DNA of 64,000 nt. Origin: Geosiphon pyriformis uo1 (Eukaryota > Fungi > Glomeromycota). Below the pieces are notes generated by a model. The model did not search any database. It was not told the origin of the DNA and saw only the letters and a program-made list of their open reading frames with translations. Position numbers and translations under genes: made by a program. This document shows, piece by piece, positions 49,501 through 64,000 of this stretch. Position 1 is the stretch's first letter, and every line of letters starts with the position of its first letter. Location of the stretch: the NCBI GenBank assembly GCA_016748015.1, contig JAAOMT010000283.1:190108-254107 (forward strand), given 5' to 3'.

Positions 49501-51423
49501 GATAGTCGATAAAATCTACCTAAAAAATAATATAATTAGTTCCTTGATGACGCCATATACTTTCCACACAGCTTGGATTTCCGAGGCCGTGCATATGCAA
49601 TACCGCCCCATTTTAATCATCTCGGCGATGACCTATGTCGTGGTCTTCTCGTATTTAAGGAAGCTAAACCTTTAGGTCCAGAGGGTTATCGTTGGCTCAA
49701 GATTCATTTAGCTAATTTGTGCGGAGTTGACAAAATATCTTTGGAAGACAGGGAAAGGTTTGTTGAAGAAAACATGGATGATGTAATTGATTCAGCAGAA
49801 AATCCACTAAAGGGACGAAAATGGTGGCTTAAAGCTGAAGATCCATGGCAATGCCTAGCGGTTTGCATTGACATTGCCGCAGCTTCTAAATGTGAAGATC
49901 CCACAAAATATGAGTCTAGAATTCCTGTTCATCAAGATGGTACCTGTAATGGCCTACAACATTATGCAGCCCTCGGTGGTGATTCAGAGGGTGCCAAACA
50001 AGTCAACCTCGACAGCAGCGAGATTGATGATAAGCCAGCTGATATTTACACAGGTGTTGCTGAAAGGGTGACCGCTATGATACAAGAAGATGCAAATAAA
50101 GGGGACCCTCTTGCTCAACTTGCAGTGAACCTAGTAAACCGGAAAGTTGTCAAGCAAACCGTAATGACCAATGTCTATGGTGTGACGTATGTAGGTGCTC
50201 GTATTCAAATAGCAAATCGATTAAGAGACCGGCATGATATGTCCGAAGAAGATGTTCAGAAATTGTCCTCCTATATAACAAAAAAGGTTTTCAGCTGTCT
50301 AAGTGAAATGTTTCATGGCGCTAGAAAAATCCAGGACTGGTTGCACGAGTGCGCAAAGAAAATCTCAAAAAGCATTCCGCGAGAAGTTGTATATGGCCCC
50401 CCTACAGGATTTGAAGACGTAGGTGAACCCGGACAAAGTAAAACAGCTCGCAAGAGCTTAAATCAATCGCAAAAAATGAGTGATAGTCAAATAGATGAGA
50501 ACGATCAAATTTTTAAACAATCAAAAATAATATTAAGTCCAAGCCAAGCCAGCAAAAATCAAATGACAGCTGTAGTTTGGACTACCCCTTTAAATTTACC
50601 CATAGTCCAGCCATATCGAAAGCTCCCCAGACGACCCATAAGGACCAACCTTCAAAACATCATTATCGAAGATCCTAATAGTCTGAGCCCCGTGAACTCA
50701 ATAAAACAAGCTGCTGCTTTTCCCCCTAATTTTATTCATTCCTTGGATGCCACACATATGTTATTGTCGGCTATAGCATGTGAGAATGCTAGGATTACAT
50801 TTGCTTCAGTTCACGATAGTTATTGGACTCATGCCTGTGATGTACCGACGCTGAACAAGATTTTACGTGAGCAATTTGTTCGTTTACACTCAAAACCGAT
50901 CATGGAAAATTTGCGAAAAGAGTTTATTCAACGTTATAAGGATTATGTGGTACCACCAACCATCACAAAGAAGCCAGTCCAGAATTTACAAGGAAATTTG
51001 AAAGAATCATTCATCGGAGAAGCAATAGAAGATAGACCAATTCAAAAAGATAATTTAACCTCTCATTCTACCGATAATTCCAAAACTGGCTTTTTGGACG
51101 AGCTTTCACAATTGCAAGATTTCCCAATAAATCTCTCCGACAAGCCAGTTGCCGAATTCGTTGATGAAATTAGTATAGAAGAATCATTATTATCACCAGA
51201 CTCAAAGTCAATGACAATGGAGGATGCTACCGATATTAATATACAGGACAATTGGGAAGAAATCGATCAGGAAGGGACCGATGAGCCAACTTCGAAAAAC
51301 AAGTCACAAAAAAAATTGGCAAAACCTTCACGGATATGGGAAGTTTTAACATTTCCTCCCCTACCACCCAAAGGTGATTTTGATGTGTCTAAAGTCAAGG
51401 ATAGCAAGTACTTTTTCCATTAA
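46537..51423 (+). CDS. RPO41: Mitochondrial single-subunit (T7-like) DNA-directed RNA polymerase, about 11 exons
   Basis: DFRGRAY, HQDGTCNGLQHYAAL, RKVVKQTVMTNVYGVT, FPPNFIHSLDATHM, VHDSYWTH and the terminal SKYFF; Arg/Ser-rich presequence-like N-terminus, PPR-like segment, about ten short GT-AG introns (first 47202-47285, last 49443-49538). Confidence 0.97.
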
Positions 51424-52144
51424 ACCCAGGATAATAAATAGACATGTTAGTATCATTTCTAAAAGATGATCATCTGAATGATCATCTTTCAAGACAATGT
51501 TGGAATTGGGCCCCGGTAGGATTTTAATTTTTCGATTAGTTATCTTTTGATGTTATAAAGCCTTTGGATCATCCGTGCACAGAATGCGCTTGGGCATCAA
51601 AATTGAGACGAGTCACCCAACCAAAAAAGTTATAAATCATACAATCTTCGAGGTATGATCAGCTTTTCTAATTTATGATCCGATCACCGTGAAATTACTG
51701 TCTCCTTGACAATAAAGGTAGAGTATCTATAGTCTACCCAATGATATTAATATTAGAAATTTATTCAATGGTTATATTAACAGTAGGTATTTCATTTTTT
51801 CAGAGCTGGTTTTTTTGTCAATTTGTATAGGAGTTCTTTACCCGAGATCCAAATCGAAACTGATTGACACTTGTAATTCGTAAAGGTGATTAAATATTAA
51901 ATGAATTTGTCCACCGTGATCGCGAATTTATTGAAATTAGTTTTAATTAATAATAATAATAATATTAGATTTTCGAAAATATTTTATGCTTTGATTAAAA
52001 ATAACGTTATCCATATTTTCTTATTTCGAAGATATTGTATTGATAATGTAAATAGAATTCTTGGAAAATAAAAATAATCAATGGCATATTAGCTTTTGGC
52101 TACATAAAATAAATTATATGTTCAAAATATTTGTTAAAATTTAT

Positions 52145-52145
<1 letters not shown>

Positions 52146-52177
<32 letters not shown>
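52146..52177. repeat. (TAA)n microsatellite
   Basis: About ten TAA units. Confidence 0.85.
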
Positions 52178-52904
52178 TAACGATCCAGTTTATAATAATA
52201 GTAGGATTTAAAATAGTATTATTTAAAAAATTTAATTAATGGCTTGAACAGAAATTATTTGATTGAATACAATTCTCAATGTAATGGAATCAGTAAAAAG
52301 TCGTTTCTAATAATTGATTCAATTAAAAAAAAAGATGCTAGTTAATTTTTATAGCTTTCACGAAACTTGTTCTGAATCCTTTAATATATCTCGGTCTTGC
52401 TAAATTATGCTTTGTAACAACTCCTTTTGTAAATTGTTAATATATCATTTTAATTTTTGACCGACAAGAATCAAAACCTATAATAATACAATCATGTGAA
52501 AAATGTTTTTATTTAAAATCCTTTGACTTAAAAGACAAGAGCTCACAGAAGAGGCTTTATCCATATTGCAGAACTTTGATATTAATACATTTGGTGAAAA
52601 TTACATTATAAGTTGTGAATTTTACTGATTGTTTCATTAGAGCCAAAAAAAATTTTATACTATAAAATAATGCTGAATACATCAAATTTTATACTGAATT
52701 TTTTTTAAATAGATTTTATATGTCCAAAACAGTTGACTTGCTAAAATTCAAGATAAATTTTATGCAAGCTAAAGTTAAGAAAATTATATTAAACTTGTTA
52801 TTAAAGCTATAGAACTAACTTGATTCCCAAACGATCTCTATCAATTGAAATCCTTATTTATTAACAAAACGAACTCTTCTTTACACAAACAAAATATTAA
52901 AATC

Positions 52905-54275
<1,371 letters not shown>

Positions 54276-54760
54276 AACAATCTTGAAGTTTGTTATCAAA
54301 ATGGACGAAATTTTAGAAAAGCATTTGAGCTCTTTTTAAAAGTAGCAGAAGCAAATAAAATTTGCTATCCAAGTGATTCTCCTGATTTGAATGTCATGAC
54401 CTCACTTTAGAGGATCAAAACAATGTCATTTTACGATTCCAAAATCGAGGTTTAAAATGGACCGCTAATTCCAAAGGAGAATTTTTAGATTTTGAAGCTT
54501 TCTTTAACCAGCTTTTAGATGAATTCAAGTGTTTTAAATGTAATAACTTGAGTATAATCATTAATGGATCTGCCATATGTCCATTTTGTGATAACGATAA
54601 AAATGATGAAATTATCTTTAACGCCGCCATGCCGAAATCGAAAAGCATACACCTCAATGTATTCAGGAAATGGTTGAAAAAAATTGGGATGGTAATCCGG
54701 CTTGTCGCGACACTGCAGAACTTCAACAAAAAGTTATTGCTGCTCGCGACTATAAATTAG
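54276..54760 (+). pseudogene. Orphaned 3' remainder of the Sel1 gene (rest of the Sel1 repeat, CxxC..CxxC segment)
   Basis: After the CAA>TAA stop the frame continues NNLEVCYQNG..KAFELFLKVAEA; a shifted frame gives CFKC...CPFC. Confidence 0.6.
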
Positions 54761-56291
54761 ATGAATCTATCCGTAAAAAAAATTAATTCCGAAGAGATTC
54801 AAGGTGCTAATCGTGGTATGATGAGATATAAAAGTCAAGCCCTTTAATTTCTCCAAATGATAAGCTTTTTATTTATTGTTATTTAATCTTTGAGAATTCT
54901 TTTAATATAAAGGCCTTTTTTCAGTATTGGATTTAGCGTTTTAAGTTAGCAATCATTATTTGTTTTTATTGATATATAAACATATATTGAAATATTATAA
55001 TTAAAGAGGGAAAATTTAATTTACAAGATTCGTTTATTGTTTGTTTACATTAAAATTTTTTGGATGTCGCTATCTAACTAAAATTTATATTGGTGTCTGA
55101 ATAGATTTCAATTAAGTTAATAACCAATATTAAATATCAAAGTATTTCATTTTTTGCGAGTATTTAGTTGATGCCATAGTTAATATCAATTTCAATATAA
55201 AAACGGGATTTTATATTTATCAAGGTAATTAATTTTCAACTTTTGAATTTATTGAAAATTTAAAAAGAGCGAAGATAATATATATTTTTTAATCAATATT
55301 TTTATTATTATTTTTAACTAGTGATTTATTATCAAACCACTTATGTCTATGATATTATTACTATAATAATAAGTCTTGCATAAATATGAATATGCTTTAA
55401 ATATACTAATTAAGCTGAATAATGAAGTATTTTCTTAACAATTTAACTTCATCAATATGATTTCACTATAATTAATATAATTTTTTTTTAGTTGAGCATT
55501 GTATTTGTTTCCAGTTTTGTAAATTCTTTATTTGTAATATTCAATTTAAAAAAAATAATAATGATTTGAATTTTTAAATATAATAAATTTATATATAAAA
55601 ATAAGAATAATATAATTGGAAACCAAGAAACAATAAATTAAATAAATTAAATAATATACAATCAAATTTATTATAAATGTGTAATAAAAATTAATTTATT
55701 ATTTTAATCTTTATTTTATTCACAAAATTTTGTTTATAATATTTTAATAGGTTTTAACAACAACCATTTAAAATCCAAAAAATAAAAGTTTTTAATTAAT
55801 AAAATTAAATAAAAAAATACATAAATTGAAATATTAATTAAATTAAAACTTAATAATACCAATAAAAATTTATTAATAAAACAATTTATTTGGTATTCAA
55901 AAATAAAAATAATTATATATATATATATATGTTTTAAATAAATAAAAACAGTTTTAAAATATAATAATTAATTAAATTTAAGATTAAAAAAATTAATCAA
56001 AAACAAATAATTATGATTACAAATTTTAAAAATTATAAAAAAATAATTTAATAAAAATATTAATTTTTAAAGCTAAAAACTATTGTATAATATATAATTT
56101 GAAATTATATAAAATAAATTTTAATAAAAATATCATAAATAAATAGAATATAATGAAATTGCAATAGATTTAAAAACTTCTTTCTCTCTTATCTCCAAAA
56201 ATCCTCAAAAAGTGCATTTTCTAAAAAAGAAGTTTTTATTTTTTTTTGTTAGTTTTTTTTTAACATTTCCTTAAACAATAATCCTTTCATC

Positions 56292-58192
56292 ATGGATTTG
56301 AAAACTGCTTCGAACAGTGATATGTCAAAAAAGAAGGCGCCCAAAGGTGCTTTCCATGGTCTTGTTGGTAGTTCTTTTGCTTAGAAAAAAAGAGTGGTTC
56401 TTGGCAATGTTAAACACTCTGGTGATGAGAAAAATATCTCTTTAAGTAAATCTGGGCCTAGTGATAGTGTGTACTCTAATGTGGATAGTGTGTCTGGTAA
56501 TGATAAGAATGTTGGCATGACAGGTGTACATGGAGGGTCTCTTTTGGGTTCAGCTGCAACCACTTCCAAGGCAAAACGTATTGATACTAGCACAGGGTTT
56601 GGATCTCTCCTTGGTTCTCCTGACTTCACTATGGACGATGATGAGATTGAGCTTCCCCCTTGCATGTTTATCCCTCTGGATAAAAAGTGGATTGATCCTA
56701 AAATTGTTAAAACTCAGATTAAGGTGTCTGTGAAAAAATTTTTTGCTTTGGACATCAATCTTTTAGCTGTAGAAGGGAAATCAGCAACAGCCAAATCTCA
56801 GGTCATAAAAAAATTATTTTCAGGAATCAATGGTTTTGGGAGGGCCACTACCCCCTCAAAATTTGAAGGGATCATCTGATCAACATTTACTTTGTCTAAG
56901 AGCATGGAAAAGGCCGCGTTATTGGCCAGGGAAAATGGAATCATCGTAAACACTGATCTCAAGAGACAAGGAGTTCATTCAGATCAGGCTGTGGTGATAA
57001 AAAAAATTTCCATAGACATGCCAAAAGAAATGATTGTCGTCACAGTATTCGAGTATGGTCAGATTGTGTTTATCAAAGTTCAGTTAATTGGGCTGTGGCA
57101 AAAGGCTGTGGTGGAGTTCGCTGAATCTAGCCAGGCTGATCTGTTGGCATCAAAATGGTCATTCCTAATTGAGAAAGATTCTGTGCGTGTGGCCAAGGCT
57201 GTGGAAAATCATGAGACATGGGCTTTTAGGGATCAATTCAGGGCACTTCTTTTCATATTGCTAGTGGGAATGACAGCTTATGATCTTGAGACTCTTTTAG
57301 AAGGGACTGGTAGGAAAACTTGTGTCATCAATCATTCGTTGGAGACTGGCAATAGAACTTGCTGTGTTGTGGTCTGTTTTGAATCTGATGAAGCTATGGA
57401 ATCAGCTTTTCGCATAGAGCCAATCTTTGGTGGTGTGAAACTCTCATGGGCTAGATTGGATTTAGTTCGCTGTAAACAGTATGGGAAGTTTGGTCATTCT
57501 GCTTTGGAATGTAATGCTGAAGTTGCATTAGCTTCCCAGTCACCCAAGTCATTTAAAAAGCCTGCTAACTTAGATACTCATCTCCAGTTGGCCAAATTAT
57601 ATGCTAAAAAGAAGGTTCTGATCTCTCGTCCTGTTGCTTTTGGAGGCAAATCCTGGGCCCAAGTGGTCTCAGTTGCTTCAGCCTCTCATGGTTCTCATAA
57701 TGGCTCTGGTTCTGGTTCTCTGCCCTTTGATGCTTCAAGTTCTGGTGGTACCTTTTTCCCTCTTTCTATGGTCGATTCTCCCTTGGGTACACGTTTGGCA
57801 CGTTTGGAACACTCTGTGGAGCTCTTATCTGATCAAATTTCGAACATTCTTCTTCATCTTAACAATTTCAGTTTGGTGCCTTTGGCTCTTTCTTCTAGTG
57901 TGATTCCTTCTGTAAGTACTTTTCTTCCATCTATCTCTGATTCTCTTATGGTTGCTGACTCTGACTTGGGTTCTAACATGGTGTTAGATGTTCCTTTGAT
58001 TCAGCCTATTTTTTTTTTTCTGGCAACAACAATTCTCAATTGGGTCTGAGCAGTTCCAAGGTGCTAACTTCTAAAGTTGGCATTTTAGAGTCAAAGTTGG
58101 TTGCCCTTGATGCCTCCATTGGCTCAATTTTGGTAAAGTTAAAGCAGATGTGTGCTGATTCGGGTCCTCTGGTCCTCTCCTCATCTCAATGA
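56292..58192 (+). pseudogene. LINE copy 3 ORF1
   Basis: MDLKTASNSDMSKKKAPKG... is closely similar to copy 1 ORF1; internal stops and a poly-T frameshift near 58010. Confidence 0.88.
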
Positions 58193-61100
58193 CCAGTTAT
58201 ATTTGGAAAATTGCCACGTGCAATGTTAGAGAAATGAACAATCCTGCAAAGCAGAATGATATAGTTTGTTGGCACAAGGACATGGGCAATTTGGTTTCTA
58301 TTTTTACTGAGATAAAGTTGAAGGATAAGATTTGTTCTTGGATCATCAACAAATTTGATGGTGTTTGGGTGTTTACCTCTGGTTTGGATTCTGGATATCT
58401 GAGTGCTGGTGTGGTGGTTGTCATGGACTCTTCTTTGACAAGACATGTGTGCAAGGTTTCTGAAGTGCCTGGCTGGCTTCTGTCTGTTAAATTACTTTTC
58501 AAGAATAAGCTCTCAGTGTCAATTCTGGGGCTTTATGCTGGTGCTTCTTTGGTGATACAGTTTTCTCAGACTGATGAGATCAACTCTCTTATTGCAAAGG
58601 CTGTTAACGAATCTTCTTTCGTCATTCTCGGGGGTGATTTTAATGAAGACGGTTCTCATAAGAGTGCGAGTTTCAAAAAATGCTTTGATTTGGGTCTGGT
58701 CAATTCTTTAGTCAGTAGCCTGGCTGTGAAAATGCCCACTTGGGAAAATTCTAGGAGTGTTAAAAAAACAATTGATTACGTGTTTGTCTTTCCAAATCTG
58801 GTCAATGTGATAGCGAATTGTAGGGTTTTAAATGTCAGTGAGCATTTTGACACAGACCATCAAGTTGTTTCAGTGTCTTTGGGTTTGGGTGGACTTTTGG
58901 ATATGCACTTGAATTCTCTTTGTACACAAGCAAATAGAGATTGTTGGAAGTTTGACATCAAGAGTGCCAATGAAGCTAGGTGGTTGGAGTTCAAAGATGC
59001 TTCGGCTGCTAATGCCTCTATGTTCTCGGATGCTTTTGGTGTGGCAGTGAGGTTTTCAGATATGGATGCTATATGGGATATTGTTCACAAGGTCATGGTT
59101 TTTTCAGCGGGTGGTACATTTAAGAAAAAATGGTTCAAAGATTTTGATGGTGTGTTTACCAAGACTTCCTCTAAGTTTCACAAGCTGGAGCTACTGGTTT
59201 CTAAGTTGGTTAAGGCTTTGCGTTTGGATTCTAGTAATGGTTTTGCTTCTTTGTTGGAGGTGTGGCACAGACTCGACTCCCCTGGTGCATCAGTGGTTAA
59301 GTCTCTGTTTCTTTCAGGTTCTAATTTTGATCTTATTCATACTGTGCTGGCCAAAGCAAGGAAATCGTACCGCTCTTCCAAATTATTGGAATCCAAGCGC
59401 ACTGAGGAGTCTTCGATCAAGCAGGCTATTGATAAAAGAATGGAAAGTTTTGAGCTGAACAAGGGTCACACCATTAGGAGTGTTCTGGAGCATCCTTTTC
59501 ACAAGGTGGTCCTGGATCATCTGGTTGTAAAAGATGAGTTGGTTTTAGAACCTGATTTGGTTAAATCTAAGGTGGACAAAATTATGGAGGGATGGACCAG
59601 AAAGCGTAAGGTGGTGTCTGACATCTCTGAGGATTGGGCCTGCCAATATTAGCCTCTGGATTACGTGTTTGATAGTGCTTTTTCTGATGTCATGTGTCTG
59701 ATTAGTTTAGATGAATTGTTGACTGTTGTCAAGAATCTTCCTGATGAAAAGGCAGTGGGTCTTTCTGGTATCTCCAATAAATTGTGGAGACATTGTGACA
59801 AATCGGTTTTGGATATGTTTTTGGTGCTTTTGAATTCCTGTTTAGTTGGTGAATCAGTTCCTGGGCCATAGAGAGAAGCTTGGGTTTCAATGATTCCTAA
59901 ACCATATGAATAGGAGGGAGTTCTCACAAACACCCATCCTATAGCTTTAATTGAAATGGCCTACAAAATTCTTTCCAATCCTTTCAGATAGAATTTCATT
60001 GGCTTGCAGCACTTTTGAGGTCCTTTGTGGAGATAATTTTTCTGTTTTGAAAGGTATGACAATGCAATCTCCCATTTTTGCAATCGGTTCTGTGGTTGAA
60101 GATGCCTTGGAGAAAAATCATGAACTTTGGCTGGTTTTACAAGACATGCGCAAAGCTTATGACTCAGTTGGTTGGGAACATCTTAGAAGGAGTCTGGTCA
60201 GAATCAAGATGTGTGACAGGTTTATTAGATTTTTTGGCAGTATTCACAATAGTCATGTCAACAGGGTGATAACTGACTTTGGTTTGACTAATGGGTATTG
60301 TGTCCATGATGGGCTGGATCAGGGAGAAGTTTTCTCATCCCTTCTATGGCATATTTTTTATGATTCACTTTTGTGTGAGGTCAAGAGACAGGAGAGTGTG
60401 TGTGGTTACAGATTGAATTCTCATTTTATTTCCAAAACTGGCCAAGTAGATCCTCAAGCTGGACTGACTTCCTTTCTCGCTGCTGGTGCTTTTGTCGATG
60501 ATACTATTTGGGTTGGTAGCAGCCAGGCTGCTACTCAACACATCCTTAATGTTGCTAGTGAATTTTTTAGGTTCAATGACATTTCTATAAATAACGACAA
60601 GACGGTTGCCATCCCTATCAACTGCCAGGTGATGGACCCATGTTTAACTATTAGTGGTTTGCCCATTTCCATCGCCAAGAAGAGGGAATCTCATCGCTAT
60701 CTGGATATCTTTTTGTTTTCTAAGAGTCTTTCGAAGCCTAGCTTGGCTAAAGCTCAGACAGATATGCGATTTTTTGTGAACCTTGTTTTAAGGAAGGCAG
60801 TTTTAGACAAACAGTGTGCATATTTGTTGTCTGCAGTTCTTTTTCCTATCATCAGCTACAGGACTCAGTTCAGTTTCGTTTTTGTTGGTGTTTGTAATAA
60901 ATGGGATGCTTTGGTATGCAAGATCTTGAAGTCTAAGTCTGGGTTACCATGTGATTTCCTTAGTGATGCACTTCATTACCCCTCTTTGTACAATTTAAAA
61001 ACCTTCGAACAAATTCAGGCTGAGAGTAAATTGGCCTCTGTTGTTGCTTTTGCGAATTCTACTGGTGTCTTGGGTCGCTTGTTCTCTCATAGGTCTTATG

Positions 61101-62798
61101 ACCTCCAGGTTTTCAGCTGGTGTTTTCGTCATCCCTTGCTGTTTCCGGCTCGCGTTGGTGTTAGTCCCTCAAATAATTTTTTGGCAGGTGTGGTTTGTAT
61201 CTTTTCTGGGTATGATTTGTCTTTAGGTGGCTCTCTGACTTGTGTTTTTCGTTGTCGGAATGGTACTCTTATGTTTCTGGTTCTTGGTAAACACTATTTT
61301 TTCAAGTGTGTCTTTTCACTCAGACATTATGGAATTGCTTTTGTGGAACAACTTCATGACCATAGTGGGAATGTTTTCAGTTGGGGAACCTTCAAGCATT
61401 GGAAGAGGCTGGACCTTCGTGGCCCAGTTCCTTTGTGGTTTGATCTCTCTGTTCAATTTCTTGGTAGTGTTGTTCCTCCTTCTATTTGTCCCTCTTTTGT
61501 AGAGGATTGTGCTGGTTCTGATGTTTGTCTGTCTCATGGTTTTGGTGTGGTTTGTGACACTCTGCTGACCATCAATACCACTTGCCTGTCTGTGTATACG
61601 GATGGGTCTCTAAGTGGTCTGGGCACTGTTGACATGAAAGCAGGTGTTGCCATTTTTTTTGAGGACATTAACTCAGGTTTGGGTGTTGGGGTGTCTGGTT
61701 TGGTTTCTTCTACTCTGATGGAATTACAGGCAATTGCTTTGGCTCTTGAGTGTGTTCTCTCTTTTTGGTCGATTGATGTGTTTTCAGACAGCCAAGCTGC
61801 TGTGGATGTGTACAAGTCAGAGTTTTTGTTGGTTTATCCGGATTTTAGGAACCGTTGTTGGATTGAGCGCCATCACATAGCTAATGTCATTTGTTGCAAG
61901 AATTTGGATGTGAATTGGATTAAAATTAAGAATCATTCAGGCATCCCAGGCAATGAACGTGCTGATGTACTTGTTAAGAAGGCTGTTTCTTCTGCTTGTC
62001 ACCTGCCTTATTTGGTTGGCAAACGTTTTCTGAAGACGGGTGGTACCGCGGTTTCTGGTAATTCTAGACACTTTGTTCGTGATGTTTTCTGTTTGGTTCA
62101 TCGCACTCACTGGGAGGTTGGATCTGGCTCTTGGGTTGTGGCAGATGATTTGCGTACTAATATTAATTGGTCCAAGTCTTCCCTGGTGTGGCATCCTGAT
62201 TCTCACTTGGCTGCTGGTTTCACTAGTGCATGTATGGCTGGCTTTTGGACTTATTTTATGAAGGCCCTTCATTGTCAGCTCCCAATTGCTGTGCATAAGC
62301 ATTTGTATGATAGGGGGTACCCCAGTGTAGTGTATTTGTATTCATGCTTCAGCTTGGGCGGCTCTTTCTGGTTTGTCTTGGTCTTCTTTGTGTGTCTTGC
62401 AGCTGTTGGATTCCTGTGTTTTCAAGGTTGGTGTTGGTGCTGCTCTGTATAAGGGCCTTGTTTTTAATGATTGGTATCATGAATCTGTCTCAGTTTTCAA
62501 GGATTCTGAGGTTGGGGCTAGTAAAATTGTGGATTTTGTACGTGGATTCTGTCTTGCGTTTCGAGATGACATTTGGTTGGTCCGCACCAGGCACCGAATG
62601 TTTATGGAAAAACACGGTTTGATTCCATGTGACGGCTCCACTCCCACTTTGGTTTCTGGTTTGTCTATGGTTTTTTTAGCTGGTGTGATTAGATTGCTAG
62701 GTGTGGCTGAGGCTTTTGGAGTTGGTTTCAGGTTTCATAAGTTTTGTTCATTTTTTTCAGGTACTGGGGATTTGGTTTCTGTGCATATAGGTATATAG
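58189..62798 (+). pseudogene. LINE copy 3 ORF2 (APE-RT-RNase H-Cys domain)
   Basis: WKIATCNVR, GGDFNE, IDYVF, DTDH, DMRKAYDSV, AFVDD, YTDGS, MELQA, DSQAA, HSGIPGNERAD. Confidence 0.94.
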
Positions 62799-64000
62799 TG
62801 TAGTTCTGACTGGTCCGAGTGGCTGGTCACATGTAGAAAGTGCATGATTCGCTCCTAGTTTAGATCATTTGTATGATGTAAGACACTAGGTTGCATTTGG
62901 ACCTCACTTGTTAAAATAAAAAAATAAAAAAAAAATTGCAAATTGTTTTAAAATATTTTATTTGTTTTAAAAACTTAATTAATAAAAAATTTGAAATATT
63001 TAAATATAAAAAAAAATTAATCAAATTTTTAAACAAATTAATATTAATTATACAATATATTGCAAATTGAACAAAAAAAAATAATTACTATGTTTTATCT
63101 AATATATCAAAAATATAATAAAAAATATAATATGATATTTTTTTTTTATTTGTAATTATTATTTACAACAGTATTTTATTGATCTTATTAACTCAATTAA
63201 AATAAATTGAAAAACATTTTACCACTTTTTTTATAAACTGCTTAATTTATCTTAATTTTTAAACATATGTTTTTTTATATTTTTTTTCACAATTTTCAAT
63301 AAGATTTAAGTCAAAACTATTAAATAATTAAGTTATAATTTTAAGCATATTTTTTTAAAAAAAAATTTGGCTAAATAACTTGTGTGCTTTAAGTTATTAT
63401 TTTATTAAAACTATTATTTATTTCTTAATATTTTTCTTATCTTAGATAAATATTTACAAAATAATTTTTACATAAAACTTACCATTTATTATTTAAATAA
63501 AACTTATTTTTTTTTCATAAAAACTATTTTATGCTGTAATTTTTGTTTAATTTTTTAATATAACATAAATTGATTATTAGTCTTTATATTAATATTTTAC
63601 TGTATTTTAAAATAAACCAAAAGCTGTTTTATTTAAAAAAACAGTTTTTTTTTAATTATTATTAAGATGTTTTTAAGTTTATTTTACATAATTTTTTTGT
63701 GGAAATTAATAAACATTAAAGTTGTTAAAAATAAGTCTTTATATTTATATTTAATTATATTTTTTTTTGCTAATTTTATTTTCAAAGTTCTTAAAAATAT
63801 TATTTTATATTTATAATGCATTTTTTTTTATTTTTTATAGCTAATTATTTCTATTTATATGTTTTATTATTCTTGTTTTTTCAAGTTTTTTAAAAATATT
63901 ATAAATAATAAAGTATAATATATTTGTTTGTTGTTTTATTTTAATTGTATTTTATATTTCTTTATTCTAAAAATATAATATGGTTTAATATTATGTTTTT

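Larger units (their letters stand above)
56172..62934 (+). mobile_element. Full-length degenerate LINE copy 3 (least decayed)
   Basis: 5' hairpin, ORF1, ORF2, 3' UTR and poly(A); a small deletion in the C-terminal Cys domain near 62340. Confidence 0.95.

Noticed and set aside
49573-51423. T7-like polymerase as a phage or linear-plasmid insertion
   Set aside because: Spliceosomal introns, a presequence-like N-terminus and typical Rpo41 motifs mark it as the ordinary nuclear gene.

Overview
Eukaryotic, very probably fungal nuclear DNA; the short GT-AG introns, Sel1-repeat gene and repeat content suggest Glomeromycotina/Mucoromycota (inference). Four host gene islands sit in a transposon graveyard: the 3' exons of YIF1/HRF1 (25-318), LSM5 (36742-37389, minus, absent from the ORF track), the T7-like mitochondrial RNA polymerase RPO41 (46537-51423) and a chimeric Sel1-repeat gene carrying an intron-containing RSP5-like triple-WW cassette (52905-54275). 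The repeats are three full-length degenerate LINEs (ORF1 RRM/CCHC; ORF2 APE-RT-RNase H-Cys domain), a 5'-truncated LINE tail, and two divergent Ty3/Gypsy elements. Both Gypsy elements inserted, with 4-bp TSDs, into one ORF1-only (HAL1-like) non-autonomous LINE that carries the same 3' UTR as the autonomous LINEs. The two Gypsy elements share an unusual layout: one gag-PR-Cys-rich domain-dUTPase-RT-RNase H frame, an integrase in a separate frame after a conserved spacer, and a small 3' ORF. The roughly 90% AT deserts are, at least in part, still-readable ghosts of the same LINE and LTR families erased by C:G to T:A transitions. All calls were made by eye; no database searches were run.
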